From NCBI GenBank assembly GCA_038087875.1, contig JAXLNO010000198.1:1-52842 (forward strand): a stretch of 52,842 bases of DNA, given 5' to 3'. The stretch's first letter is position 1. Each line of letters opens with the position of its first letter. Made by a program: the position numbers and the translations under genes. The notes under the pieces were generated by a model that was not told the DNA's origin, made no database searches, and saw only the letters and a program-made list of their open reading frames with translations. This DNA comes from Malacoraja senta (taxonomy: Eukaryota). Below, one piece after another: positions 12,791-23,992 of the stretch.

Positions 12791-13096
12791 CTTTGGCCAG
12801 CTCCTCCCACATGGCTCCATAGTCCCCTTTATTCAACTGTAACACTGACACCTCTGATTTACCCTTCACCCTCTCCAATTGTAGATTTTACTTCGGAGTC
12901 ACGTGAGTGACTACGTGAAGAACCCCACCAGTGCGCCTGCACGTCATTACGTCAGACGCCTTGACGCAAACGGACGTGAGGAGCAGAGCTCCTCTACAGG
13001 ATTTGCAGTTTTTTAACTACAAGGTAAGTAGAAACTTTTTTCATGTTTTCCGGGTCCGTTTACTGTGGGTCTGTGGGGATTTTTTCCACAGACGCC

Positions 13097-14260
13097 ATGG
13101 AAAAAACGGGCAGGGGGAAGAGGCGAGGGACTCAGCCGACAGAAAGTCGGGAGTCTGCGGTTAGAGACCAACCGGCTCTAACCCCGGTACAGTCGCCAGC
13201 GGTGAGCATAGTGACTGTGGACCTGGGGCTGGTGAAAATACAGTCAGCGCCTGTTGGGCGAAAGGTGAAGTTTAAATCCAGACGGCCCACGGAGGAGGAG
13301 TCCCAGGAAATGGAAGTAGCTCCAGGGCTAGATACTGCTTTCGAGCGTATTGCCCAAATGGAAAGCCTTTTACATAGGCTGTTGGAGCGAAGCACACTCA
13401 GGCAAGAGTGTACTGAAATCCAAGCTGCTGGAAGCAGCTCAACAGCTCCTGGTACAGGGCTGATAGAATGCACCCTCAGGGATGAGGAGCGTGCTACGGG
13501 TCATGAGATTTCAGACCCCGACTCTGACGGTGAGGCTGTACAAGGCGAAGAACGGCAGCTGCCAGATGTTCCACCCCTGGCATTACGATTCGCTGCCCCG
13601 TCAGGGTTAGGAGAGCCATTAGGAGAAGAATTGGCCTCCCTAATAAATTACTTGGTTTCCCATCAGCTGGAACAGCAGGAGATGGATGAGACTGCAAGAA
13701 AACATGAGACCCCAAGTAACTGTGTGTTGCTGAAAGCACCAGCAGTGAACCAAATTATCTGGAATCAGTTGAGTATGACTATGAGAACTCATGAATTGAA
13801 ATTGCAGAGAATATTAAAGCTGCTGGGTTCTGGAATAATTGCTTTTGCCAGAATAGCGGATAACAGCCAAGAGATGACGGAGTTGCATCAGGAAGCACTG
13901 GGGTTGCTATGCAGCACCCACTTCGAGATCAATTGTCTGAGGAAGGTGCTATACGGCCTATTATGAATCCGAAATTCGCAGCACTCTGCAAACCAAGTAA
14001 TATACAATTACCCAACTTACTCTTTGGAGAGGATCTCGGGAGAGTTGGAAGATGAAGCGAAAACAGGATTGATGAAAACATCAATGGTTGTAAAGTCTGT
14101 AAAGAGGAAGTATCTTTTCAGACGTCATACGGATCCTGGACCAGGACCAAGTCGCTCATCAACACAGGGACGTAGCTGGCGGCCTGCAGCGGGAGCAAGA
14201 ACCAGTGGTGCTGCTTCCGGGAGAATCCAGGGACCTCAGGGTACTCAAATTACTCAAGAG
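13097..14260 (+). pseudogene. DIRS gag-like region (frameshifted)
   Basis: gccATGG start; PSNCVLLKAPAVNQIIW and LLFGEDL motifs shared with element 2. Confidence 0.7.
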
Positions 14261-16171
14261 GTAGGTGGACCTGGTTCTCATGGGAACATACTAACCGGAT
14301 TAAGTCCAAAAGTTGGAGGCAGATTACGTCTCTTCTATAACAATTGGAAGAAAATTACTTCAGATGTGGTAATTCTGAATAATATACAAGGATTTCGAAT
14401 TGAATTCAATCCAAATTATGATTTGCCTGTCCAGCATGTTCCTAGCAGAACTCTCCACTTTGCACAAAAAGAAGTGATGGAGGTTCAAGCTGCGCTTCAA
14501 ACCCTATATATAAAAGGTATTATTGAAGAATCAGTCTACCAAATTCACCAATTTGTGTCAAATATATTCCCTCGATCAAAAAAGGATGGAGGATGTAGGA
14601 TTATTATAGACTTAACAAGTCTGAATCCTTTTGTTCAAGTTAGACATTTTAAAATGGAGACATTTGTACTGCCAAACAACTTATCCCGGAAGCATGTTTT
14701 ATGGCAACTATAGATTTAAAAGATGTATATTATTCAGTGTCTGTTCACTTGGAAGATATGAAGTATCTTAAATTTACATGGATGAACCAGTTAGGGCAGT
14801 TCAAAGCTCTGCCTAATGGGTTAACGTCCGCTCCCAGAATATTCACAAAATTGTTAAAATCAATTCTGGGGTTGCTGAGAAGCCAGGGGCATGTACTAAT
14901 GGCATACTTGGATGATGTCCTAATGATAGGAAGGACAAAACAGTCAACAGAAGCATCAGTTGCAGTTGTGAAATCAACTTTTGAAAGTTGGGGTTTTCTA
15001 AATTCATCCAAAGAAATCAAGGTTAACAACATGTACCTCGATTGATTATTTGGGGTTCACAATTGATTCAGCCCAAATGAAAATTACTTTGGCCAGTGAA
15101 AAAAGGGTGGAGTTGATTAAAGATTGGAGTAATCTGTTAAACGAACAAAAACCCTTAATCAGACTAGGTGGCTCGAGTACTGGGAAAATTAGTAGATTCC
15201 CAGCAGTCCATTACGGACCATTACATTATCAACAGCTGCAGAGAGTTAAGAACATGCACTGAGAATGAATGCTGGTCATTTTGATAGAACCATGCAACTA
15301 ACAACAAATGCTGTTTCTGATCTGCAGTGGTGGATTCTACATGTCTCAAGCAGTTCCGGCAAAGTGCTGATTGAACAACCTTCCATGATATTACAAATTG
15401 ATGACAGTGCACTAGAATGGGGTGCAACTGACTTAACATCTAGCTGCGCAGGCAGATGGAATCAGGAAGAGTCATTGTTACTGCAGACATGGGGAATTAA
15501 CTATTTGGAGCTTTTAGGATGTTTCTATGGACTCCAAGCTTATTGTTCTAACACAACTAAAAGGCATGTTCAAGTTCAAATTGATAAACACAACAGCAGT
15601 TGCCTATATTAATGATATGGGTGGAATTAAGTCGGTGTCATGTGACAAAATGGCTAATCAACTTTGGTCTTGGTGTATTGAAAAGAACATTTGGATTTCA
15701 GCTATCAATCTACCAGGTAGAATGAACACGATAGCAGACACCAGGTCACGAAAGTTCCATGATAATAAAGAATGGATGTTGAATCGAGAGGTATTCAATG
15801 ATATAGTAATCAGATTTGGAATGCCCGACATCGACTTGAATCATCAGCTATCGAGATATGTCTCATGGGAACCAGATCCAGGAGCAGTGGCGATTGATGC
15901 TTTCTCGCTACATTGGGGTGGTATGTTTTCATATATATTTCCACCTTTCTGCCTCATAAGCCAATGTTTGCTTAAAATCAGGCAAGATGCTGCTTCAGGG
16001 GTATTGGTAGTACCAGATTGGCCTACACAGCCATGGTATTCGTTGATATTAGAATTAACAACACAAATGTTGATGAAAGTCCCAAAAAGGAGTAATTTAT
16101 TGCTGCATCCTGTAACAGGGGAACAACCTCCATTATATGATCGTTTGGATTTGTTCATTTGCAGGTTTTAA
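14261..16171 (+). pseudogene. DIRS RT, RNase H and Dam-like methyltransferase domains (several frameshifts)
   Basis: KKDGGCRIIIDL, IDLKDVYY, FKALPNGLTSAPRIFTK, AYLDD, INYLEL, NTTAVAYIN, DAFSLHW..YIFPPF..VPDWPTQPWY. Confidence 0.9.
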
Positions 16172-17139
16172 GAAGGCCTTTTCTGGGGTGAGGACTGTCT
16201 GAGCGTACTGTGGACATGCTTACGGCATCCTGGAGGAAGAGCACTCAAAAACAGTACCTTTCTTATATTAAGAAATGGGAAGAGTTCTGTGTACAAAAGA
16301 ATGTGCAATATAATACTGCAGATATTTCAAATGTTTAGAATTTCTGTCAAAACTTTATTATGATGAAGGTCTGAGTTGTAGTGCAATTAATTCAGCCAGA
16401 AGTGCATTGTCCTCATATTTGGTTCTGGATTCAGAAAGAAACCCAATTGGGTCACACCCAATTGTTTCCAGACTAATGAAAGGAATCTTTAATTCCAAAC
16501 CACCAAAACCTAGGTACATGACAATCTGGGATGTAAGTGTGGTACTGAAACTACTTCGTGAATGGTCACCAAGTGTGTCTTTACCTTTGGCCAAGCTCAG
16601 TATGAAAGTAGTCATGCTTATGGCATTAGTGACAGCACAACGAGTGCAAACACTTGGAAAATTACAAATAGACAGGATGGAAGTAACTGAAGACAAGGTT
16701 ACATTTTATATCCATGACCTACTAAAGTAAATTAGGCCAGGTGACACAGGATTTAAAATTGTGCTAGCAGCATATCCAAATGATCCTTGTCTCTGTGTTA
16801 AGACATATTTGTTACAATACATTGAGGTCACAAAGAATTTGAGAAATACGGAAACTGGGTTGTTGATCACACACAAGAAACCACACAAGAGAGTTTCAGT
16901 ACAGACTATTTCCAGATGGATAAAAGAAGTCTTAACAGCTGCTGGTATTAACACTGATGTTTTTACGTCTCACTCGACTAGGGCAGCAGAAACATCGGCG
17001 GCCAGGGCAAAAGACGTCCCCGTTGACCATATCCTCGCAGCCGCCGGGTGGTCCAATTAGTTGATGTTTCAACATTTTTTACCATCGGCCTATTGTTAAT
17101 GCGGGATTGTTTGCAGAAACTGTTTTAAGTTCTGTGTAA
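16165..17139 (+). pseudogene. DIRS tyrosine recombinase (stops and frameshifts)
   Basis: SARSALS, LMALVTAQRVQTL (catalytic R), TISRWIK, HSTRAA (H-x-x-R), AAGW. Confidence 0.88.
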
Positions 17140-17725
17140 ATTCCTCTGGTTTAAAGGGGATCTGATTAATTTCATTATTGAAATGAATTACTGCATTTGT
17201 GGTACAAATGTTATTATGAATGCATGATTGATTATTCTCGTTCGAGTCAATCAATGCAGTGAGAAGCCGGGATTGATCTACGGGATGAAATCACAAAGCT
17301 TTAAAATCTTCACGTAGTCACTCACGTGACTCCGAAGTAAAATAGTAAGATTAAACGAGAACTTACCTAAGTTTGAAGTTTGATCTTTATTTTATGAGGA
17401 GTTACGTAGGTGATTACGTGCCCACCACGACCCTACCCTCTATCATAAAGGTCAGATGGAAGTTCTTGTATTACTCGTTTTATTATGAGACTATATTACT
17501 TCGGTTGTTGTTTTTTGTGATTTCACACCGCTGCTTTGAAGATTGACGCGCAGGCGCACTGGCGGGGTTCTTCACGTAATCACCTACGTAACTCCTCATA
17601 AAATAAAGATCAAACTTCAAACTTAGGTAAGTTCTCGTTTAATCTTACTATTAAACCTGACCATGTTATGGTCACTACCTCCTAATGGCTTCTTAACCTC
17701 AAGTTCCTTTATCAAATCTGATTCA

Positions 17726-18459
17726 ACCGGAAGTGGTGGCGCCTCGCGGCAGCGGCCTCTGCAGTCCGTCTGTCTTTTTAAAAATCTTTTTGTACTGTTA
17801 TGTGCATGTTTTGGTTGTAGTTTATATATTATTTTTAGCTGTGTATATGATGGGGGGAGGGGAGGGGGTGGGGGAAACTTTTAAATCTCTTCCCTGTCGG
17901 GTCTCCATTGTCGTTGGGGCCTAGCACCATGGAGCGGCCTCCAACCGGAATTGACCATTGGCTCCAGTCGCAGAGCCTGCAGACTCACCATTGCGGAGCG
18001 TGGAGAGCTGTGGTGGCACGCGGCTGCGACCCGACGTCGGAGCCGCGTGTTACCGTCCACCGGAGCTGCAGGCCCGGTGGACGGTAACATCGGGAGCTCG
18101 CGGGTCCCTGGTGGGAGACCGCTTTTCGGAGCTCCCGCAACGGCAACTTCTCCCGCCCGAATCGCTGGGTTAAAAACGACCCAGAGAAGGGCCTTACATC
18201 GTCCGGCGTGGCGTTAACGGTCGCGGGACTTACCATCGCCCGCCGGGGGCTTTAACATCGGAAGAAGAATAAAGAACAGGGTAGAGACTTTGCCTTCCAT
18301 CACAGTGAGGAGGTGTTTGGAGATTCACTGTGATGGATGTTTATGTAAATTGGGTTAATTGTGTGACTTTTTTTTTCTTGTTTGTATTTGCAGAAACGTA
18401 ATTCCGTTTGAACTTAGGTTCAAATGACAATCAACGTTATTCTATTCTATTCTATTCTA
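17726..18459 (+). mobile_element. Non-coding non-autonomous retroposon with a Rex1/RTE-X-like tail, nested in CR1
   Basis: GC-rich ACATCG-repeat body, GCCTTCCATCACAGTGAGGA..TCACTGTGATGGAT module shared with 43862-45087, and an (ATTCT)n tail. Confidence 0.6.
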
Positions 18460-18627
18460 TAACACTAAATCCAGAATTGTCTTCTCCCTGATAGGCTCCA
18501 ATACAAGCTGCTCTAAGAATCCATCACAGAGGCACTCCACAAACTCCGTTTCTTCGGGTCCTTTACCAACCTGATTTTCCCCGTCTACCTGTTGAAATCT
18601 CCCATAACAACCGTAGCATTACCTTTA

Positions 18628-19077
18628 CTATGCCAATTTTAACTCCTGATTCAACTTGCACCCTATATCCAGGCTACTGTTTGGGGGCATGTAGATGTCC
18701 CATTTGGGTCTTTTTATCCTTACAATTCCTTTGTTCCATCCATACTGACTCCACATCTCCTGTTCCAATGTCACCCTTTGCAAGGGCTGAATTCCATTCC
18801 TCACCAACAGAGCTACCACACCCCCTCTGCCCACCTGTCTGTCTTTTCGATAGGAGGTATCTCCTTGAATATTCAGTTCCCAGCCCTGGCCCTCTTGCAG
18901 CCACGTCTCTGTAATTCCCACAACATCATACTTGCCAATTTCTAACTGAACCTCAGGCTCGTCCACTTTATATCTTATACTTCGCGCATTCATATACAAC
19001 ACTTTGACCTCGGTATTCACCTCCCCTCTCTCACCGCTCGCAATTGGCCCTGACCTTACTCTCTTATCCCTTCTCAA
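18628..19077 (-). pseudogene. CR1 ORF2 APE endonuclease N-terminus
   Basis: LYMNARSIRYK, YDVVGITETWL, YRKDR..GGVVALLV. Confidence 0.85.
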
Positions 19078-19181
19078 ACTTTCCTTCCTATTAATTCAGG
19101 AGTCTTTTGTAACTTTTCCTGTACTCAATTCCCCTTTAACCATCTTTATACTCCCAATTTGTCAATCCCTCCCCCCACTAT

Positions 19182-20084
19182 TTAGTTTAAACCCACACGT
19201 GTAGCCCTAGCAAACCTGTCTGGCAGAATGTCGGTCCCCCTCCAGTTAAAGTGTAACTCGTCCCTTTTGTAAAGGTCACCCCTATCCCAGAAGAGATCCC
19301 AGTGGTCTATAAATCTAAATCCTTGCTCCCTGCACCAGCCACTCAGCCACACATTCAGATCCTCTATCTCCCTGTTCCTGTCCTCACTGGCAGGAAGTAC
19401 TGGAAGGAATCCACAGAAAACGACCCTAGAAGTCCTGCTTTTCAGTCTTCTTCCCAACTCTCCGAACACACGTTGAAGAACCTCCTTCTCCTTCTTCCCA
19501 ATGTCGTTTGTGCCTACATGCACAACTACTGCCGGCTGTTCTCCTTTCCTCTCGAGGATGTTCTGAATTTGGTTTGTGACATCTTGAACCCTGGCACCAG
19601 GGAGGAAACAGACCATCCTCGCGTCTCGTCTGCCGCCACAGAATCTCCAGTCCGCACCTTGGACAATGGAGTCACCCACCACTTTGGCTCTGCCCGACGT
19701 CGGTCTCGCCGGTCGAGTCCCATCTCTAGGATTGGAGCCACCGACATGTCCGCCGCTCGGACTGGAAGCGTCATCTCCCCCGACAGTTCCCAAGAGGGCG
19801 TACCTGTTTTCATTAGGCACAGTCACCTGGGTCTCCTGCACTCCACGGTTACCACCCTTTCTCTCAGTCACACTTGGTTCTTCCCGTATCCTCGGCGTGA
19901 CAACCTCACTGTAGGTCCTGTCCAGGAAACTCTCATTTTCCCGGATGGCCCTGAGGTCATCCAGCTGCTTCACCAGTGCCCCAATACAGTCCTTCAGGAG
20001 CTGAACCTGGACACACTTGCCACAGTTGTAGCAGCCAGAGGCTCCATCAGTGTCCCTGCCTCCCACATCCTGTAAGCATCGCAC
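19182..20084 (-). pseudogene. CR1 ORF1: Cys-rich N-terminus, coiled coil and SGNH esterase-like domain (300 aa open)
   Basis: CGKC, VVGDSIV, FLPGARVQD, VVHVGTND, DELHFN. Confidence 0.85.
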
Positions 20085-20503
20085 TGCCTCATCTTACCCG
20101 TCATGTGTTCACCGCATGCTGCCCTCTCCAACTTTTTGCATATTCTCCTCTCCTCAGCCTCTTCGCCGAAGACTCTTGAGCCAAAGACTCGCACTTTTCT
20201 CACAAGGCACTTCCCTCGACAAGGCGCTCCCCGACTGGTCATTCACCGACAGCAAACCTTGCTTATATTGGCTGATAAATTGTCCAATTTGCCACTTAAC
20301 CAATAAACCAATTTGCGAAGAGCTTACCTTACAGTCAATCATCGTTCCTCCTGCCGCTCCCGAGCTTGAAGGAATGTGTTCCTAGCTGGTTGTGCCCTGT
20401 TTTTAAACTAACCGCTTCTGAAAGGGAACAAAAGAAACTCCCAAGAGCTTACCTTACAGCCAATCACCGAACTCCCTCCTGCCGCTCCCGAGCTTGAAGG
20501 ACA

Positions 20504-22285
20504 TTTCAACCCAAAATGTCACCTATTCATGTTCTCCAGGCATGCTGCTGGATCCATTGAGTTAGTCCAGCAGTTTGTGTCCTTTTGTAAAATTGCCCTT
20601 GTCCGGCCTCATCCATATATAGCTTTTGCCCCTCAAGAATGTTCTCTAAAATGCCTTATCAAATCACTCAGTTCAAAGAATATTAGGAATGGTCTATAAG
20701 TACTGGGCCTACCAGCAATATTCACATTTTGTGAATGAATGAAAAGACAGCAACCAAGGCCTTAATTTAATGTAAACTGTAAGGGATGGGGGGGGGGGGG
20801 GGGGGACTAATAATAATCCCATGTCATTGTTCGTATCTACCTGGCTGGATTATGTGCCGAAACATGTCGAGGGCTTCAACTGACATGGTGAGACCGTCTA
20901 AACCAAAGTTTGATTTATTTTTTAGAACATACACTGGAAATTCTCAGCTGGTTATCAAACTGTGGAGAGAGAGGTGGTGTTAATATTTCAGGTTAATGTC
21001 CCTTCACCAAAAATTGTCAGTGATCAAAAACATAAACATTTTTCTCTGATTAAATGTTGAATATTTTCAACATTTGTCTACTTTTTATTTTGAATTACTA
21101 GCATTCACTGTTTTGCTTTAATGGTCTTCCAACAAATGTATACACATATTTTTTATAAAATTACAGAATTGAAGGCTGAGTTCTGGTGATGAATGATGTC
21201 ACAGATTTACAACAGGAAAGGGATAGTGGTGATGATTTTGGACTAATACACAGACATTTTAGCTAAAACTTCCACTCTGGTCGCTGGAGATCTTGAATTT
21301 AAGTAAATTAATTAATTTTGATTTCAAAACTTGAATCAGTGGCATTGATCATGACTGCAAAAAATCATAAAAGTGTTATCCCCCAAAACCTCCCGCTTCT
21401 ATTTCCACCCCCCCCCTTCCGTCCCTTGTGCTCCACCTGGACTCCAAAGTAATTCTCCGCTCCACTCTCCCCTCCCCCCACCCCCTGCCAATCTCCTCCC
21501 TCCCAATCTGCAATGCTCCAAACCTGTCTCACACCTTCCTGCCCATGTTCATGTCGACCTATTACCTGCCACACAGGTCCTGCCTCTCCCCTTTTCCAGC
21601 TTTCTTCTCCTCCTCTACAATCTGTCTTGAGAAGAGTTTCAACCCAAAATGTCACCTATTCATGTTCTCCAGGCATGCTGCTGGACCCATTGAGTTACTC
21701 CAGCACTTTGTGTCCTTTTGTAAAAATGTCCTTCCCCGACCTCATCCATATATAGCTTTCGCCTCAGTTCAAAGAACAGTAGGGATGGGCTATAAGTGCT
21801 GGGCCTACCATTTTATGAATGAATGAAAAAACAGCAACCAAGGCCTTAATTTAATGTAAACTGTAAGGGGTGGCATCTCAAATAATAGTCTTTGTATAAT
21901 AATAATAATCATCCCTTGTCATTGTTCTTATCTACCTGGCTGGATTATGTGCTGAAATATTCCGTGGGCTTCAACTGACTTGGTGAGACCCTCTAAACCA
22001 TAGTTTGATTACCGCTAATTTTTTAGAACATACACTGGAAATTCTCAGCAGGTTATCAAACTGTGAAGAGAGAGATGGTGGTAATATTTCAGGTTAATGT
22101 CCTTTCACCAAAATTGTCTGCGATCAAAAACACAAACATTTTTCTCTGATTACATGTTGAATATTTTCAACATTTGTCTTGCTTTTTATTCTTTGAATTA
22201 CTAGCATTCACAAATGTTTTGCTTTAATGGTCTTCCAGTACACATTTTTTATATAAGATTACAGAATTGAGGGCTGAGTGCTGAA
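20504..22285 (+). repeat. Units 2 (remainder) and 3 (partial) of the tandem triplication, period 1133 bp
   Basis: TTTCAACCCAAAATGTCACCTATTCATG at 20504 and 21637, colinear thereafter. Confidence 0.9.
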
Positions 22286-22310
22286 AATAACATTAAATAA
22301 AAATGTTGAG

Positions 22311-22660
22311 GGGTGGGCACAGTGGTGTAGCTGGTAGACGTTTTGCCTCACACCGCCAGAGACCCAGGTTCGATCTTCACTTCTGGATGCTGTCTGTGTG
22401 TAGTTTGCACATTCTCCCTGAGACCATGTGAATTTCCTTTGGGTTCCTTCCCACTTCCTAAAGATGTACTGGTTTCATGGTTAATTCGCCGCTGTAAATT
22501 GTCCCTAATGTGCAAGTAATGGATACAAAAGTGGGATAACATAAAACTGGTGTGAATGGATGATCGATGGTCGGCCTGGACTCAGTGGGCCAAAGGGCCT
22601 GTTTCCATGCTGAATCTCTAAACTAAACAAAACTAAACTAAACCAAACTAAACAAAATAA
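22311..22660 (+). mobile_element. HE1-type V-SINE (tRNA head, V domain, CR1-like tail)
   Basis: A box TGGTGTAGCTGG, B box GGTTCGATC, TCTGTGTGTAGTTTGCACATTCTCCC core, GGGCCAAAGGGCCTGTTTCC plus (CTAAA)n. Confidence 0.85.
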
Positions 22661-22667
22661 ATGAAAC

Positions 22668-23295
22668 AAAAGGATTTGAGTATAGGAGCAGGGAGTTTCT
22701 ACTGCAGTTGTACAGGGTCTTGGTGAGACCACACCTGGAGTATTGCGTACAGTTTTGGTCTCCAAATCTGAGGAAGGACATTATAGCCATAGAGGGAGTG
22801 CAGAGAAGGTTCACCAGACTGATTCCTGGGATGTCAGGACTTTCGTATGAAGAAAGACTGGATAGACTTGGCTTATACTCGCTAGAATTTAGGAGATTGA
22901 GAGGGGATCTTATAGAAACGTACAAAAGTCATATGGGGTTGGACAGGCTAGATGCAGGAAGATTGTTCCCGATGTTGGGGAAGTCCAGGACAAGGGGTCA
23001 CAGCTTAAGGATAAGGGGGAAATCCTTTAAGACCGAGATGAGGAAAAACTTTTTCACACAGAGAGTGGTGAATCTCTGGAACTCTCTGCCACAGAGGGTA
23101 GTTGAGGCCAGTTCATTGGCTATATTTAAGAGGGAGTTAGATGTGGCCCTTGTGGCTAAGGGGATCAGGGGGTATGGAGAGAAGGCAGGTACGGGATACT
23201 GAGTTGGATGATCAGCCATGATCATATTGAATGGCGGTGCAGGCTCGAAGGGCCGAATGGCCTACTCCTGCACCTATTTTCTATGTATCTATGTA
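22668..23295 (+). mobile_element. Young CR1 3' fragment, near-identical to 1415-2040
   Basis: ORF 22708..23202 matches the C-terminus of 1506..2780 almost residue for residue, with the same 3' UTR and tail. Confidence 0.92.
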
Positions 23296-23314
23296 AATCA
23301 GCACATATCTCTAT

Positions 23315-23560
23315 AGCTCGATCCTCGATTTCCTGACCAACAGACCCCAATCAGTGAGGATAAGGGATAAATCATCCTCTACAATAATCTTCAACACTGG
23401 TACTCCACAAGGATGCATTCTCAGTCACCTTCTTTACTCCTTGTACACCCACGACTGTGCAGCCATGTACAAATCTAATTCAATTTTCAAATTCGCAGAC
23501 GACACTACCATTGTGGGCTGGATATCAAATAATGATGAGACGGAGTATGGTAAGGAGATT
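23315..23560 (+). mobile_element. Rex1/Babar-type LINE RT fragment
   Basis: NTGTPQGCILS.LLYSLYTHDC..KFADDTT. Confidence 0.8.
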
Positions 23561-23713
23561 TACTTACTGTATTAACAAGAGTTTTCATTACAAGTAAGAA
23601 AAGTAAGAATCAGAGAAGAGGGGGAGCAAAGAATTCCATGGAATGTTGTATCACTGTTACTAATAAACTAATGACACCACTTATTACAAAAGTAAATTAC
23701 TGTTGATATAAAC

Positions 23714-23913
23714 NNNNNNNNNNNNNNNNNNNNNNNNNNNNNNNNNNNNNNNNNNNNNNNNNNNNNNNNNNNNNNNNNNNNNNNNNNNNNNNNNNNNNNN
23801 NNNNNNNNNNNNNNNNNNNNNNNNNNNNNNNNNNNNNNNNNNNNNNNNNNNNNNNNNNNNNNNNNNNNNNNNNNNNNNNNNNNNNNNNNNNNNNNNNNNN
23901 NNNNNNNNNNNNN
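23714..23913. other. Assembly gap (200 N)
   Basis: Run of n of round length; true size unknown. Confidence 0.99.
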
Positions 23914-23918
23914 CGGTG

Positions 23919-23992
23919 CTATCTATCTATCCATCTATCCATCTATCCATCTATCTATCTATCCATCTATCCATCTATCCATCTATCCATCT
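23919..23992. repeat. (TCTA/TCCA)n microsatellite
   Basis: Direct reading. Confidence 0.95.

Larger units (their letters stand above)
12888..17652 (+). mobile_element. Complete DIRS1-type tyrosine-recombinase retrotransposon (element 1), coding-defective
   Basis: Gag, RT/RNase H, MTase-like and YR domains; left terminus 12888-12948, ICR 17307-17420, right ITR and rE 17544-17652. The CR1 flanks rejoin as TGTAG-ATT-AAACC. Confidence 0.93.
8970..20503 (-). mobile_element. Full-length CR1 LINE (~4.4 kb after removing five nested insertions), TSD TTTCAA
   Basis: 5'UTR, ORF1, EN, RT and (TCTATTG)n tail lie in order. TTTCAA is at 8964-8969 and 20504-20509, and the flanks rejoin the tandem unit. 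Confidence 0.9.

Noticed and set aside
16165..17139. Phage integrase or Dam methylase suggesting prophage or bacterial contamination
   Set aside because: The domains sit in the canonical DIRS layout with ITR/ICR ends, nested in a vertebrate CR1.
19302..20075. 257-aa plus-strand ORF (likewise 7146..7898 and 13132..13473)
   Set aside because: These are antisense shadows of transposon ORFs with no recognisable motifs.
22311..22390. tRNA gene (also at 29710-29788 and 41490-41562)
   Set aside because: These are A/B-box heads of SINEs followed by the V domain and tail; there is no intact cloverleaf.
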